Source of the DNA: Phycisphaeraceae bacterium
GTDB lineage: Bacteria; Planctomycetota; Phycisphaerae; Phycisphaerales; Phycisphaeraceae
NCBI GenBank assembly: GCA_041747335.1
Contig: JBGTFI010000545.1
Coordinates: forward strand, 1-28,151
Length of the DNA: 28,151 bases
Direction: 5' to 3'
The position numbers and the translations under genes are program-made. Each line of letters opens with the position of its first letter. Position 1 is the first letter of the stretch. The notes under the pieces are model-generated. The model made no database searches. It worked only from the letters and a program-made list of their open reading frames with translations, and was not told where the DNA came from. This document shows, in pieces, positions 1 to 8,941 of this stretch.

Positions 1-1
1 G

Positions 2-922
2 CGCGAAGCCGGCGTCACCGGACTGCTCCTGAGCGGCGGAGACCCGGCCGTGCTCTCGCCCATCCTCGCCGCCGAGGGCATCGAGTTCCATCGCTGGCAA
101 TGGGTCATGAATCAGCCGGGCATGCGCGAGCTCCGCGAAACCAACCCCGAACTCTTCGTCATCAGCAGGGATGGCAAGTCCTGCGTCGACAACCCGCCCT
201 ACGTCGGCTACTACCGCTGGCTGTGCCCCTCGCGCGAAGAGGTCTACGAGCTCCTCCGCGACATGCTCGTGGGCATCGCCAACACCGAAGGCATCGCCGG
301 CGTTCACTTCGACTACATCCGCTACCCGGACGTCATCCTCCCCGTCGGCATTCAGCCGCGCTACAACCTCGTCCAGGACCGCGAGTTCCCCGAATACGAC
401 TTCTGCTACTGCGAGGTCTGCCGCGAGAAGTTCCAGGCCCAGGGCGGCGAAGACCCCCTCTCCATGGACGATCCCACCGCCGACCAGGCCTGGCGGCAAT
501 ACCGATACGACAGCGTCACCAAAGTCGTCAACCGACTCATCGAAGCCATCAAAGCCGCTCAACCCGCAAAGCCCATCACCGCGGCTGTCTTCCCCACCCC
601 CGACCTCGCCCGCACCCTCGTCCGCCAGGACTGGACGAAGTGGAACCTCGACTACGTCATGCCCATGATCTACCACACCCACTACAACGAACCGGTCGAG
701 TGGATCGGCGCCGCGACGAAGCTCGGAACCGCCGCGATCCCGCCCGACCGACGCCTCTACAGCGGCGTCATGTCCGGAACCCTCGACCCCGACGCAATCG
801 CCAAAGCCGCCGAGCTCTCCTTCGAGAACGGCGGGCGCGGCCTGGCGCTTTTCACCTACAACGCCATGAGCGATGAGCACTGGCGCCGCCTGGCCGAGGT
901 CACCCGCCACGCGGGGGCTTGA
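2..922 (+). CDS. Glycoside hydrolase family 10-like (GHL10/DUF187, YngK-like) protein, 5'-partial
   Basis: The frame is open from base 2, upstream of the ORF-track GTG at 50. Motifs [23 protein letters not shown] and LDYVMPMIY match this TIM-barrel family as recalled. Confidence 0.75.
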   Translation, partial: REAGVTGLLLSGGDPAVLSPILAAEGIEFHRWQWVMNQPGMRELRETNPELFVISRDGKSCVDNPPYVGYYRWLCPSREEVYELLRDMLVGIANTEGIAGVHFDYIRYPDVILPVGIQPRYNLVQDREFPEYDFCYCEVCREKFQAQGGEDPLSMDDPTADQAWRQYRYDSVTKVVNRLIEAIKAAQPAKPITAAVFPTPDLARTLVRQDWTKWNLDYVMPMIYHTHYNEPVEWIGAATKLGTAAIPPDRRLYSGVMSGTLDPDAIAKAAELSFENGGRGLALFTYNAMSDEHWRRLAEVTRHAGA

Positions 923-924
923 AC

Positions 925-2508
925 ATGACGCGACCCCAGCCCCCCAGCCACACGATGGAAATCGACCTCGCCGAATTCGAGAAGCACATCCGCGTGCGCC
1001 GGCTGCGCTTGTCCGATTACGATGACCTCGTCGCCATGCAGAAGCGATGCTTCCCCAGCATGCAGACCTGGGGGCGCGATCAGATCGAAAGCCAGCTCGC
1101 CCTCTTCCCCGAGGGGCAGATCGTCGTCGAATACGACGGCAAAGTCGTCGCCTCCTCCGCCAGCCTCATCGTCGACTACGACCTCTACTCCGACTGGCAC
1201 GACTGGAAAACCATCGCCGACCAGGGGTACATCCGCAACCACGCGCCCGACGGCGACATGCTCTACGGCATCGAGATCATGGTCGATCCCGAGTTCCGCG
1301 GCATGAAGCTCGCCCGACGCCTCTACGAAGCACGCAAGCAGCTCGTCCGTGAAAAAAACCTCAAGGGCATCGTCATCGGCGGGCGCATCCCCAACTACAT
1401 CAAGCACAAGGACCAGATGAGCGCCCACGAGTACGTCGAGAACGTCCAGGACAAGACCATCCACGACCCCGTACTCACCACCCAGCTCTCCAACGACTTC
1501 GAGCTCAAGCAGCTCATCCCCGACTACCTCCCCACCGATGAGGACTCCGCCGGATGGGCCACCCACATGGAGTGGACCAACGTCGATTACCGCCCCTTCA
1601 AGAAACGCGCCATCCAGCCCGTCCAGATCGTCCGACTCGCCGCCGTCCAGTACGGCCTGCGCGCCATCCGCGACTTCGACGAGTTCCGCACCCAGGTCGA
1701 GTTCTTCGTCGATACCGCCAGCGACTACCGCTGCGACTTCCTCGCCTTCCCCGAACTCTTCACCACCCAGCTTCTCTCCTTCTGCAACGAAAAGCACCCC
1801 GCTCGCGCCGCCCGCCGACTCGCCTCGTTCATGCCGCAGTACCTCGAGCTCTTCACCGACCTGGCCGTCCGCTATCACCTCAACATCGTCGCCGGCTCCA
1901 ACTTCGTCCTCGAAAACGATTACCTCTACAACGTCGCCTACCTCTTCAAACGCGACGGAACCATCGGCAAACAATACAAACTCCACATCACCCCCACCGA
2001 GTGGAAATGGTGGGGCGTCACCGGCGGCGAAAAACTCGAAGTGTTCGACACCGACTGCGGCCGAGTCGCCATCCAGATCTGCTACGACATCGAGTTCCCC
2101 GAGATGGCCCGCATCGCCGCCCGCAAGGGCGCCCAGATCATCTTCTGCCCCTACAACACCGATGAACGCGCCGGATACCTGCGCGTCCGCCACTGCGCCC
2201 AGGCCCGCTGCGTGGAGAACCACCTCTACGTCGTCCTGGCCGGCTGCACCGGCAACCTCCCCTTCGTCCCCACCTCCGACATCCACTACGCCCAGTCCGC
2301 CATCCTCACCCCCGCGGACATCTCCTTCGCCCGCGAAGGCGTCGCCGCCGAAACCACCCCCAACACCGAAATGCTCATCATGCAGGACCTCGACATCGAG
2401 CTCCTCCGCCGCCACCGCTACAAAGGCACCACCCAGAACTGGCGCGACCGGCGGAAGGATCTGTATGAGCTCCGCTACAAAGAAGACGGCCAGGAGAGGG
2501 TGGTCTAA
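925..2508 (+). CDS. Fused GNAT N-acetyltransferase / carbon-nitrogen hydrolase (nitrilase superfamily), about 527 aa
   Basis: N-terminal GNAT ([22 protein letters not shown]). C-terminal CN-hydrolase with an intact Glu-Lys-Cys triad ([22 protein letters not shown]). ATG at 925 lies 2 nt after the upstream TGA; ATG at 955 is an alternative start. Confidence 0.9.
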   Translation: MTRPQPPSHTMEIDLAEFEKHIRVRRLRLSDYDDLVAMQKRCFPSMQTWGRDQIESQLALFPEGQIVVEYDGKVVASSASLIVDYDLYSDWHDWKTIADQGYIRNHAPDGDMLYGIEIMVDPEFRGMKLARRLYEARKQLVREKNLKGIVIGGRIPNYIKHKDQMSAHEYVENVQDKTIHDPVLTTQLSNDFELKQLIPDYLPTDEDSAGWATHMEWTNVDYRPFKKRAIQPVQIVRLAAVQYGLRAIRDFDEFRTQVEFFVDTASDYRCDFLAFPELFTTQLLSFCNEKHPARAARRLASFMPQYLELFTDLAVRYHLNIVAGSNFVLENDYLYNVAYLFKRDGTIGKQYKLHITPTEWKWWGVTGGEKLEVFDTDCGRVAIQICYDIEFPEMARIAARKGAQIIFCPYNTDERAGYLRVRHCAQARCVENHLYVVLAGCTGNLPFVPTSDIHYAQSAILTPADISFAREGVAAETTPNTEMLIMQDLDIELLRRHRYKGTTQNWRDRRKDLYELRYKEDGQERVV

Positions 2509-2538
2509 AACGAGCCGCGCGCGTAAGCAAGCGGAAAG
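2509..2538 (+). repeat. REP-like repeat A, copy 1 (AACGAGCCGCGCGCGTAAGCAAGCGGAAAG)
   Basis: 29/30 identical to 3111-3140, same orientation; begins immediately after the stop codon at 2508. Confidence 0.8.
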
Positions 2539-2569
2539 ACCCGGAAGCAGGCCCGGAAGTAGCGCGGAT

Positions 2570-2599
2570 GTAGGGTGGGTTGAGTCCGCGAAACCCACC
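2570..2599 (+). repeat. GTAG-family REP palindrome
   Basis: GTAG followed by a perfect 8-bp stem GGTGGGTT (2574-2581), a 10-nt loop and AACCCACC (2592-2599). This is the canonical GTAG-REP architecture. Confidence 0.75.
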
Positions 2600-2677
2600 T
2601 TCCCCAGCCAAGATTCACCCAAACGCGCGGCATCGCCAGGCGGAGTCACCTCGACGGCTTGCCCGACCAGAACGTCT

Positions 2678-2719
2678 TTGACATTCAGCGCCGCGTGGCC
2701 ATATGCTTCATGGTGAAGC
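2678..2719 (+). promoter_or_regulatory. Sigma70-type promoter with overlapping palindromic operator for the DUF433 locus
   Basis: TTGACA (2678-2683), 18 nt, TATGCT (2702-2707). Inverted repeat GCTTCA-TGG-TGAAGC (2705-2719) overlaps the -10/TSS. SD AGGAG at 2729-2733 lies 9 nt before ATG 2743. Confidence 0.6.
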
Positions 2720-2742
2720 TTCCGAACCAGGAGTGACGGGCG

Positions 2743-2982
2743 ATGAACTGGCGGGAACACATCGTACGCGATCCGCACGTCCTGGGCGGCAAGCCCAGGA
2801 TCAAGGGCACGCGCATCAGCGCCGAATTGGTCCTCGCACGATTGGGCGAGGGCTGGTCCATCGACCAGCTTCTCCAGGCCTATCCGCACCTGCGCACGGA
2901 GCAGGTTCAAGCCTGCCTGGGGTTCGCCGCGGCCGCCCTCGCGACCGATGATGTGCTGGACATCCCGCTCTCGGCCGCGTGA
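2743..2982 (+). CDS. DUF433-family antitoxin (HTH)
   Basis: 79 aa with IVRDPHVLGGKPRIKGTRI and YPHL, the DUF433 signature. Confidence 0.9.
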   Translation: MNWREHIVRDPHVLGGKPRIKGTRISAELVLARLGEGWSIDQLLQAYPHLRTEQVQACLGFAAAALATDDVLDIPLSAA

Positions 2983-2984
2983 CG

Positions 2985-3050
2985 ATGAGAATCCTCGCCG
3001 ATGAGAACGTCGATCGTCCCAGGCCCCCGCCCATGCAGGATCAACCATGA
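2985..3050 (+). pseudogene. Truncated DUF5615 (PIN-like) toxin remnant
   Basis: ATG 2 nt after the DUF433 stop reads MRILADENVDRP, the typical DUF5615 start (MRFLADEN), then RPPPMQDQP-stop. The other two frames show no recognisable continuation. Confidence 0.7.
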
Positions 3051-3110
3051 CCGCCAAGATGGTGTAATGGCGTCAGGCGAAGCGGACGCACCAAAAAGCA
3101 TCACCTCCCC

Positions 3111-3140
3111 AACGAGCCGCGCGCGTGAGCAAGCGGAAAG
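3111..3140 (+). repeat. REP-like repeat A, copy 2
   Basis: AACGAGCCGCGCGCGTGAGCAAGCGGAAAG, one mismatch to 2509-2538. Confidence 0.8.
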
Positions 3141-3158
3141 GGGCGTGTGGCATCGCCG

Positions 3159-4370
3159 TCACGTAGACTCACGTCGTGCTAATCGATGATCGGAAAAGTA
3201 AATCAGCAACGGGTTCTCGGCGCTGTCAGGATGATCGAGAGACTGTCGCGAGAACTGTGCGATCTTGCTTCGAACGGTCTCGATTTGCGCGAGGATGTCA
3301 AACTTGTCCTCAAAGGGAATATCGATCGTCCGAAAGTCCTTGTTATCAAAGGGAAGTGGGTCTGAGGTCCGCTTCACATGAATCACCGGCTTCCCAGTGG
3401 CATGCCGAACTGCGAGCTCGTAGAACACGTTTGGATTGTGGTATGAGAGGTCTGCGACAACCAGCCGACTCTTAAGGAGATACTCGATAACCTGCTTCGT
3501 GATCAGTCCCGGCTGACTGATCTTGTCGGCGCGGACGACCTCCAGTTTCGGCTCCACATCCGCAAGTGCCCGCTCAACGTAGGACGACAAGATAGCATCG
3601 CTATGCTTTCGATGCTCCGTGCCCTCTTCACCAATCGGGGCGATGAAAAAGCACACCCGCTCGAAGTCTACTGGCTCCGTCTGATGAATCACAGGCGAGG
3701 AGGTCGAGTGCTGAGTCGAAGAGGCCGCCCCATTGCCGGCGATGGCCTCCTCTTCCCGATCAATGAGCCAATCAGCGCCTTCTCGCGTCTGGAGAAGCCC
3801 CACAAACTGCGCGTTCTGAACGAAAATATCAACACACGGAGCGCGGTCGCCCTCATCAAGTGACTCGAGAGAGTCTCGCATAACCGCTTTCGCCGGAATT
3901 TTGCGGCCGCGAAACCTTTCGTACAACTGCCTAAACGATTCAATGTTCATGATCGCAAGCTTGATGCGCGCACGAGTCCGTTCTGGAGATGGTGTTCCTT
4001 CGACCGCCTTTGCACCGTCCGGGATGGCCAACCCGAATTCGTCAGCGGTGTGCGAACCTGTCGTGATGCCGTACTTGCTGGATGCGGTAATCAGGTCCCT
4101 CGTTGCCCGATTGATCGGGAGTTTCAGATTCTCGAACAGCGTTGTGCGCTGTACGGGGTGGCCGGACCCGACTCGCTCGACCCCTTCACCAAACCTAAGC
4201 GCCTGCTCGAAAGGCATTGTCGGGTAGGGCTTGGCGCCACGGCGACGACCCTTCGAAGCCTTCCTCTTCGCGGCGCGCTTCTTCACCGAAGATCTTTGAC
4301 CGCCCTCCGACTCGGCGGTGCCGATGTCGTTAGAATCGGAGTCTCGAAGTCCGGATTGTTTCCGTGCCAT
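3159..4370 (-). CDS. Hypothetical protein, about 403 aa: basic N-tail, predicted helical/wHTH-like region, C-terminal nucleoside 2-deoxyribosyltransferase-like (NDT/TIR-fold) domain; candidate defence effector
   Basis: C-terminus VCFFIAPIG...VVRADKISQPGLITKQVIEYLLKSRLVVADLSYHNPNVFYELAVRHA...LPFD follows the NDT-like pattern with a conserved Glu. Codon usage is visibly more A/T-ending than the flanks. Start set at ATG 4370 (MARKQ), with AAGGG upstream. Confidence 0.75.
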   Translation of the reverse strand: MARKQSGLRDSDSNDIGTAESEGGQRSSVKKRAAKRKASKGRRRGAKPYPTMPFEQALRFGEGVERVGSGHPVQRTTLFENLKLPINRATRDLITASSKYGITTGSHTADEFGLAIPDGAKAVEGTPSPERTRARIKLAIMNIESFRQLYERFRGRKIPAKAVMRDSLESLDEGDRAPCVDIFVQNAQFVGLLQTREGADWLIDREEEAIAGNGAASSTQHSTSSPVIHQTEPVDFERVCFFIAPIGEEGTEHRKHSDAILSSYVERALADVEPKLEVVRADKISQPGLITKQVIEYLLKSRLVVADLSYHNPNVFYELAVRHATGKPVIHVKRTSDPLPFDNKDFRTIDIPFEDKFDILAQIETVRSKIAQFSRQSLDHPDSAENPLLIYFSDHRLARREST

Positions 4371-4411
4371 GCGAATACCCTTGAACGTCCGATCCTGAAC
4401 CAACCATTATT

Positions 4412-4440
4412 ATTGTATTCCTGAGCGTTCACCGCTGCAA
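4412..4440 (-). promoter_or_regulatory. Sigma70-type promoter of the NDT-like gene
   Basis: Minus strand TTGCAG (4440-4435), 17 nt, TACAAT (4417-4412). Confidence 0.6.
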
Positions 4441-4510
4441 TCGCCGCCCGCCCGCGCCAAAGCCCCCGCCCGCCACACCACCCCCCGCCCCGGCCTCTCG
4501 ATTCCTCCCC

Positions 4511-4660
4511 TTCGTGCATTCGTGCATTCGACATTCGTGCATTCCCCCCCCCCCCGCGCGCACACCCCCACCCCCCATCCCCAAGAAAATCCCCCCAAAC
4601 CCAAACTCCCCTAACTCCTCCCCTCTCCGTGCCTTCGTGCCTCCGTCCCTTCGTCCCTCC
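4511..4660. repeat. Low-complexity block: TTCG(TG/A)CA tandem 7-8-mers, C12 and other C-runs, CTYCGTSC octamer x4.5
   Basis: TTCGTGCA TTCGTGCA TTCGACA TTCGTGCA TTC (4511-4544); C12 at 4544-4555; CTCCGTGC CTTCGTGC CTCCGTCC CTTCGTCC CTCC (4625-4660). Confidence 0.8.
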
Positions 4661-4878
4661 CCCGCCAATATGCGCGCAAACCCACCCTTTCCGCCATCAG
4701 TGAAGGGCCAGCCAAACTCGCAGGATTGCCCGCTTCAGGGAGAGGCTCAATGCGACGAAGGTTGTCCCGACCGGCCCGGCTACGGCGGACTCGGCCGACG
4801 CTTCAGAGTGTCGCCTCTCCCCACGATGTTGCCTCGCCCGCACGACCCGGACCGTGACTCAAAGAAGTAAACCGCAAC

Positions 4879-4907
4879 GCCCGGTGATCCGCCGAAGATC
4901 ACCGGGC
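4879..4907. terminator. Hairpin, probable (bidirectional) terminator downstream of mreB
   Basis: Perfect 11-bp stem GCCCGGTGATC / GATCACCGGGC with a 7-nt loop, extendable imperfectly, with T-rich tracts on both sides; about 48 nt after the mreB stop. Confidence 0.6.
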
Positions 4908-4954
4908 CTCTTGCGGCTTTTCTTCGGCGCATCCTTTGTCCGGCACAGCCGGAC

Positions 4955-6010
4955 CTACCCCGAATCCAGATCGCTGTCCATCGTTTCCTTCCACTCCTCC
5001 AGATGCTCAAGATATATGGCCGTGCCCCGCGCCACGCAGGTCAGCGGGTCGTCGGCGATGCGGCAGTCCAGGCCCGTGGCGTTGGAGATGACCTTGCTGA
5101 TCCCCCGCAGAAGCGCCCCGCCCCCGGCCAGCACGATCCCGTTGTCCACGAGGTCCGCCGAGAGCTCCGGCTCGGCGCGTTCGAGCGTGCGCGTGACCGT
5201 CTCGATGATGGCGCTGAGCGGTTCCTGGAGCGCCTCGCGGATCTCCTCGGAGGTGATGACCGTCTTGCGCGGCAGCCCGGAGATCATGTCCCGCCCGCGC
5301 ACCTCCATCGTCCGTTCCTCGCCTTCGGGCGCCGCCGAGCCGATCTCGATCTTCACCCGCTCGGCCGTCTGCTCGCCGATCATCAGGTTGTAGGCCTTTT
5401 TCATGTGGTTGATGATCGCCTCGTCCATGTCGTCCCCCGCGACGCGCACCGACTCGCACTGGGCGATGTCCGCCAGGGACATGATCGCCACCTCTGTGGT
5501 TCCCCCGCCGATGTCCACGATCATGCTCGCGGTGGCTTCGACGATGGGGAGTTCGGCCCCGATGCCCGCGGCCATCGGCTCCTCGACGAGGAAGACGCGG
5601 CGGGCGCCGGCGTTCTCCGCGGAGTTGAGGACCGCGCGTTTTTCGACGGCGGTGATTCCGCTGGGCACGGCGATGACCACGCGCGGGCGCACAAACCGCC
5701 CCTTGCCCTGCACCTTGCGGATGAAGTACTTGAGCATCGCCTCGGTGACTTCGAAGTCGCTGATGACGCCGTCCTTGAGCGGGCGGATCGCGGTGATCGA
5801 TCCGGGCGTCTTGCCGAGCATCTCCTTGGCGACCCACCCCACGGCGTTGCCGTTGTTGAGGACGATGTTCGTGCCCTTCTTGACGGCCACGACGGACGGC
5901 TCATTGAGTACGATCCCCTCGCCGCGCACGCACACCAGGGTGTTGCACGTGCCCAGGTCGATGCCCATGTCCACGCTGAACCAACTCAGGAAATGATCGA
6001 GGAACGACAA
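4955..6010 (-). CDS. mreB: Rod shape-determining actin homolog MreB
   Basis: DMGIDLGTCNT, VLNEPSVVA, IRPLKDGVI, EEPMAAGIGA, IVDIGGGTTEVA, VAGDDMDEAII, LAGGGALL, DDPLTCVARG. N-terminal amphipathic helix (SFLDHFLSWF). TTG start is uncertain. Confidence 0.97.
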   Translation of the reverse strand: MSFLDHFLSWFSVDMGIDLGTCNTLVCVRGEGIVLNEPSVVAVKKGTNIVLNNGNAVGWVAKEMLGKTPGSITAIRPLKDGVISDFEVTEAMLKYFIRKVQGKGRFVRPRVVIAVPSGITAVEKRAVLNSAENAGARRVFLVEEPMAAGIGAELPIVEATASMIVDIGGGTTEVAIMSLADIAQCESVRVAGDDMDEAIINHMKKAYNLMIGEQTAERVKIEIGSAAPEGEERTMEVRGRDMISGLPRKTVITSEEIREALQEPLSAIIETVTRTLERAEPELSADLVDNGIVLAGGGALLRGISKVISNATGLDCRIADDPLTCVARGTAIYLEHLEEWKETMDSDLDSG

Positions 6011-6167
6011 TCCATTGCCCCTGTCTCAAATGCGACCGGCCGCGAATCCCCGCGGCCGCCGCGGAGCCACGCACACCGGCGCTTCACGCGCGGGAAGTGA
6101 CACAATGAGCAAGCCCAGCCGCTCCCCCCTGATCGATTCGCCCCGCAGGCCGCACCAACGGGGGCGG

Positions 6168-6353
6168 TCATCGGGCGCTGAGAATCTCAAATGGACCTGC
6201 CTGTTCGCCGTACATCGTTCGGCCCTTGGAGAAGACGACCCCCACCCCGACAGCCAGCGCCACCGCCGCGACGATCATCAGCGCCGTGTAGATGTTGCTG
6301 CGAGGCCTGATGGCTCGCGGCTGCATGGAGGCTCCCTGACCCAACTGGCTCAT
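6168..6353 (-). CDS. Small single-pass membrane protein (61 aa)
   Basis: SD AGGAG (6365-6361) 7 nt before the ATG. PRSNIYTALMIVAAVALAVGVGVVF gives one TM helix; co-oriented between the coiled-coil gene and mreB. Confidence 0.7.
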   Translation of the reverse strand: MSQLGQGASMQPRAIRPRSNIYTALMIVAAVALAVGVGVVFSKGRTMYGEQAGPFEILSAR

Positions 6354-6410
6354 GCGTCAACTCCTCAAAGAGGGCCTGCATCGGATACGGCCCGGCATGG
6401 GGCATGGAAT

Positions 6411-7328
6411 TCACGTGCCGCCGGTCAGCACCGCATCGCCCACCGCGATCTCCGCTCCCTGTTTGACCAGCTTCATGCGCCCGGCGGACTGGCGTTCATC
6501 GGACGTGGTGATCACCATGGTCCCCAGGTAGTCGTCCCCGCGATGCACCAGCATCAGCATATTCGGCTGCAAACCGTCGGCCTTTCCGACATTCACCTGC
6601 ACGAAGGTTTCGCCGGCCTCCTGATGGACGGCCGTGACCCGCCCGATCAGCGGACGCTCAAGCTGCGTCGGCCAGAACTCGACGGTTCCGGGCTCGGTCA
6701 CTCCCGCGGCACTCGAAGCGGCGCCCTGCGCCAGCGTGCGGCGGATATCCTCCGGTACGCGCGTCCACATGGATTCGAGCGACTGCTTTTCTTCCTGCAC
6801 CCGCACAAGCTGTTCGTTCACACGGCGGACGGCGCGTTCGGCGGTGCCGAGCTGCGCTTCGAGTTCGGTGATCCGGGTTTCGGCGTCGATGAGGTTGGAT
6901 CGGAGGGAGACCATCTGCTCGCGGCGGGCTTCAAGCTCTTCATCCTGCTTGGCAAGAATCTGGGCAAGCTGCTGGTTGGAGGCGGAAATCCTCGCGCGAT
7001 CGGCTTCGAGCGCTCCGGCTTGGGCGCGCATCCGGATCACTTCCGCGTCCTTGTCCGCGACCTGCTGCTGAAGAACCTGGAAGCTGCCCTTGAGGTCCGT
7101 CACTTCGTTCGCCAGCCCGGTTTCGCGTTCGGTGCGGCCTTCTCGCAGCGCCTGCATCTGCGTCTGGAGGAGCGTCGCGGCTTCGCGCGCCAGACGTGCT
7201 TCCTGCCTCGCGTCCTCCGCCTGCTGCCGGAAGTTCTGCGTGTTGGCCACGAACGGCACGAGCAGGCTCACCAGCATGACGGACAGGACCGCCACCACGA
7301 CGACGAAGACTTTGGTCAAACCACTCAA
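6411..7328 (-). CDS. Membrane-anchored coiled-coil protein with C-terminal beta-rich (FlgT_C-like) domain, about 305 aa
   Basis: Start moved to TTG 7328 behind a strong SD (AAGGAGGT, 7340-7333). N-terminal TM (KVFVVVVAVLSVMLVSLLVPFV), about 170 aa of E/Q/R/L heptads, then IGRVTAV...VQVNVGKADGL...MLVHRGDDYLGTMVI. Confidence 0.8.
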   Translation of the reverse strand: MSGLTKVFVVVVAVLSVMLVSLLVPFVANTQNFRQQAEDARQEARLAREAATLLQTQMQALREGRTERETGLANEVTDLKGSFQVLQQQVADKDAEVIRMRAQAGALEADRARISASNQQLAQILAKQDEELEARREQMVSLRSNLIDAETRITELEAQLGTAERAVRRVNEQLVRVQEEKQSLESMWTRVPEDIRRTLAQGAASSAAGVTEPGTVEFWPTQLERPLIGRVTAVHQEAGETFVQVNVGKADGLQPNMLMLVHRGDDYLGTMVITTSDERQSAGRMKLVKQGAEIAVGDAVLTGGT

Positions 7329-7594
7329 AGTGACCTCCTTGGCTGCAATCCCGCTTGAAGGAAGGCTGACAATCCGAACCTGCGGCCGCTGGCGTGCCTC
7401 CGGGAGCTTCGCGACGGCATGACCAACAAACCATGACGACCAAGGGCCATGCCTGCGCGTTACCGGGACGACGCCGGGCGGATCCCATCGACGCCGGGGT
7501 CGCGCAGCGGCATCACGCCGCTGCACTTCGGACCCACCCGTTCGGGATGATCTATCTACCCCACCCCCAAAGCGTTGTCAACCACCCCGACCCC

Positions 7595-8935
7595 TCAAAT
7601 CCGCCAGTCCCCGCGAAGGGGCCTGGACACCATCGCCCCCGCCGATGCGTCCCCCACCACCCGCTCCCCAAGCGGATCCCACCGGATCGCCCGCCCCAAC
7701 CGCAGCGAGATGTTCCCAAGGTGCGCCACCGTCGCGCTGCGGTGGCCGACCTCCGCGGGCGTACACGTCGCCCCGCGGGTTCGCACGCAATCCAGAAAGT
7801 TCCGCCGATGCCCCTCCCGATGCTCCGGTGAACGGTACAACCTCACCTCCTCCGGACCGATTGTCTCCCGGAGCATCCAGGTCTGCGAAGTCTCGATCCC
7901 CTCCCGCGTCAGATGCACCCAACCGCTGTCCCCGATGAAGCGCACGCCCTGAGCATGGTGCTCCAGTGAACCGACGGACATCTCCACTCCGTTCGCGTAA
8001 CGGCAGGCGAACTGGAACTCGACGGCTGCATCCCAAAGCCCATCGTCAGGAAACGTCCCGCGTCCGGCGACGTGAACCGGACCGGTCTCATCGGCGCCGA
8101 GGCCCCACTGCGCGATGTCCAGATGGTGCGCTCCCCAGTCCGTCACCTGCCCGCCGGAGTAATCGAGAATCCAGCGGAAGTTCCAATGGCAACGATCGGT
8201 CGTGTACGGAGCCCAGGGCGCCGGACCAAGCCACAGCTCGTAATCCAGCTCCGCGGGGGGCGGTTCGACGCGGCCCGGCCCGCTCGTCCGCGTCGGTGCT
8301 CGCCCGGGACCGGGATTGAACCGCCCATCAAACCCCACCTCCACGCGCCCAAGCTTGCCGATGCGCCCGTTACGCACCAGCTCGCACCCGTGACGGAAGT
8401 GCCCCACCGACCGCTGCCAGCTGCCGGTCTGAAACACTCGCCCATACTTCCGGACCGCCTCGACGACGGCTCTGCCTTCGGCGATGGTCAGCGCGATGGG
8501 TTTCTCGCCATAGATGTCCTTGCCGGCCGCGGCCGCGGCGATCGCGATCACCGCGTGCCAGTGGTCCGGGACGGCGATGCACACGGCATCCACGTCCTCT
8601 CGAGCAAGCAGGTCGCGAAAGTCGTTGTAGGCCGCGCAGTCCTCGGCGGCATAAGTTCGGGTGATCTCAGACAGCGCGCCGATACGGCGGTTGGCATCGA
8701 CATCACAGACCGCGATGATGCGGCAATCGTTCTCGGTGAGAAAGCCCTGAACATGGCGCAGGCCCATGCTCCCCAGCCCGATGATGCCCAGATGGATGGT
8801 GTTGCTCGGCGCGGGACGCGAGGCCAGCCCGAACGCGCCGCGCGGAAGGATCATCGGCGCGGCCAGCACGGTCGCCGCGCGAAGACACTGGCGACGGGTC
8901 GGAAGGGCTTGATGGGAACAGGGCCGCGCGAACAT
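7595..8935 (-). CDS. Gfo/Idh/MocA family oxidoreductase with Tat signal, about 446 aa
   Basis: TRRQCL twin-arginine motif, GIIGLGSMG Rossmann motif, IAVPDHWH, YGEKP, QTGSWQRS, DWGAHHLD. Start set at ATG 8935. Confidence 0.92.
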   Translation of the reverse strand: MFARPCSHQALPTRRQCLRAATVLAAPMILPRGAFGLASRPAPSNTIHLGIIGLGSMGLRHVQGFLTENDCRIIAVCDVDANRRIGALSEITRTYAAEDCAAYNDFRDLLAREDVDAVCIAVPDHWHAVIAIAAAAAGKDIYGEKPIALTIAEGRAVVEAVRKYGRVFQTGSWQRSVGHFRHGCELVRNGRIGKLGRVEVGFDGRFNPGPGRAPTRTSGPGRVEPPPAELDYELWLGPAPWAPYTTDRCHWNFRWILDYSGGQVTDWGAHHLDIAQWGLGADETGPVHVAGRGTFPDDGLWDAAVEFQFACRYANGVEMSVGSLEHHAQGVRFIGDSGWVHLTREGIETSQTWMLRETIGPEEVRLYRSPEHREGHRRNFLDCVRTRGATCTPAEVGHRSATVAHLGNISLRLGRAIRWDPLGERVVGDASAGAMVSRPLRGDWRI

Positions 8936-8941
8936 GACGCG

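Noticed and set aside
856-3057. 733-aa antisense ORF spanning the nitrilase gene, the REP region and DUF433
   Set aside because: Shadow of strong C-ending codon bias on the plus strand; no recognisable motifs, and it overlaps better-supported genes.
2509-3140. 30-bp direct repeats as a possible CRISPR array
   Set aside because: Only two copies, about 600 bp apart, with genes between them and no cas genes.
7553-7581. TTGACA upstream of the coiled-coil gene as its promoter (minus strand)
   Set aside because: The hexamer at 17-nt spacing (TAGATA) lacks the conserved final T, so it is too weak to call; the site also lies inside a G-run cluster.
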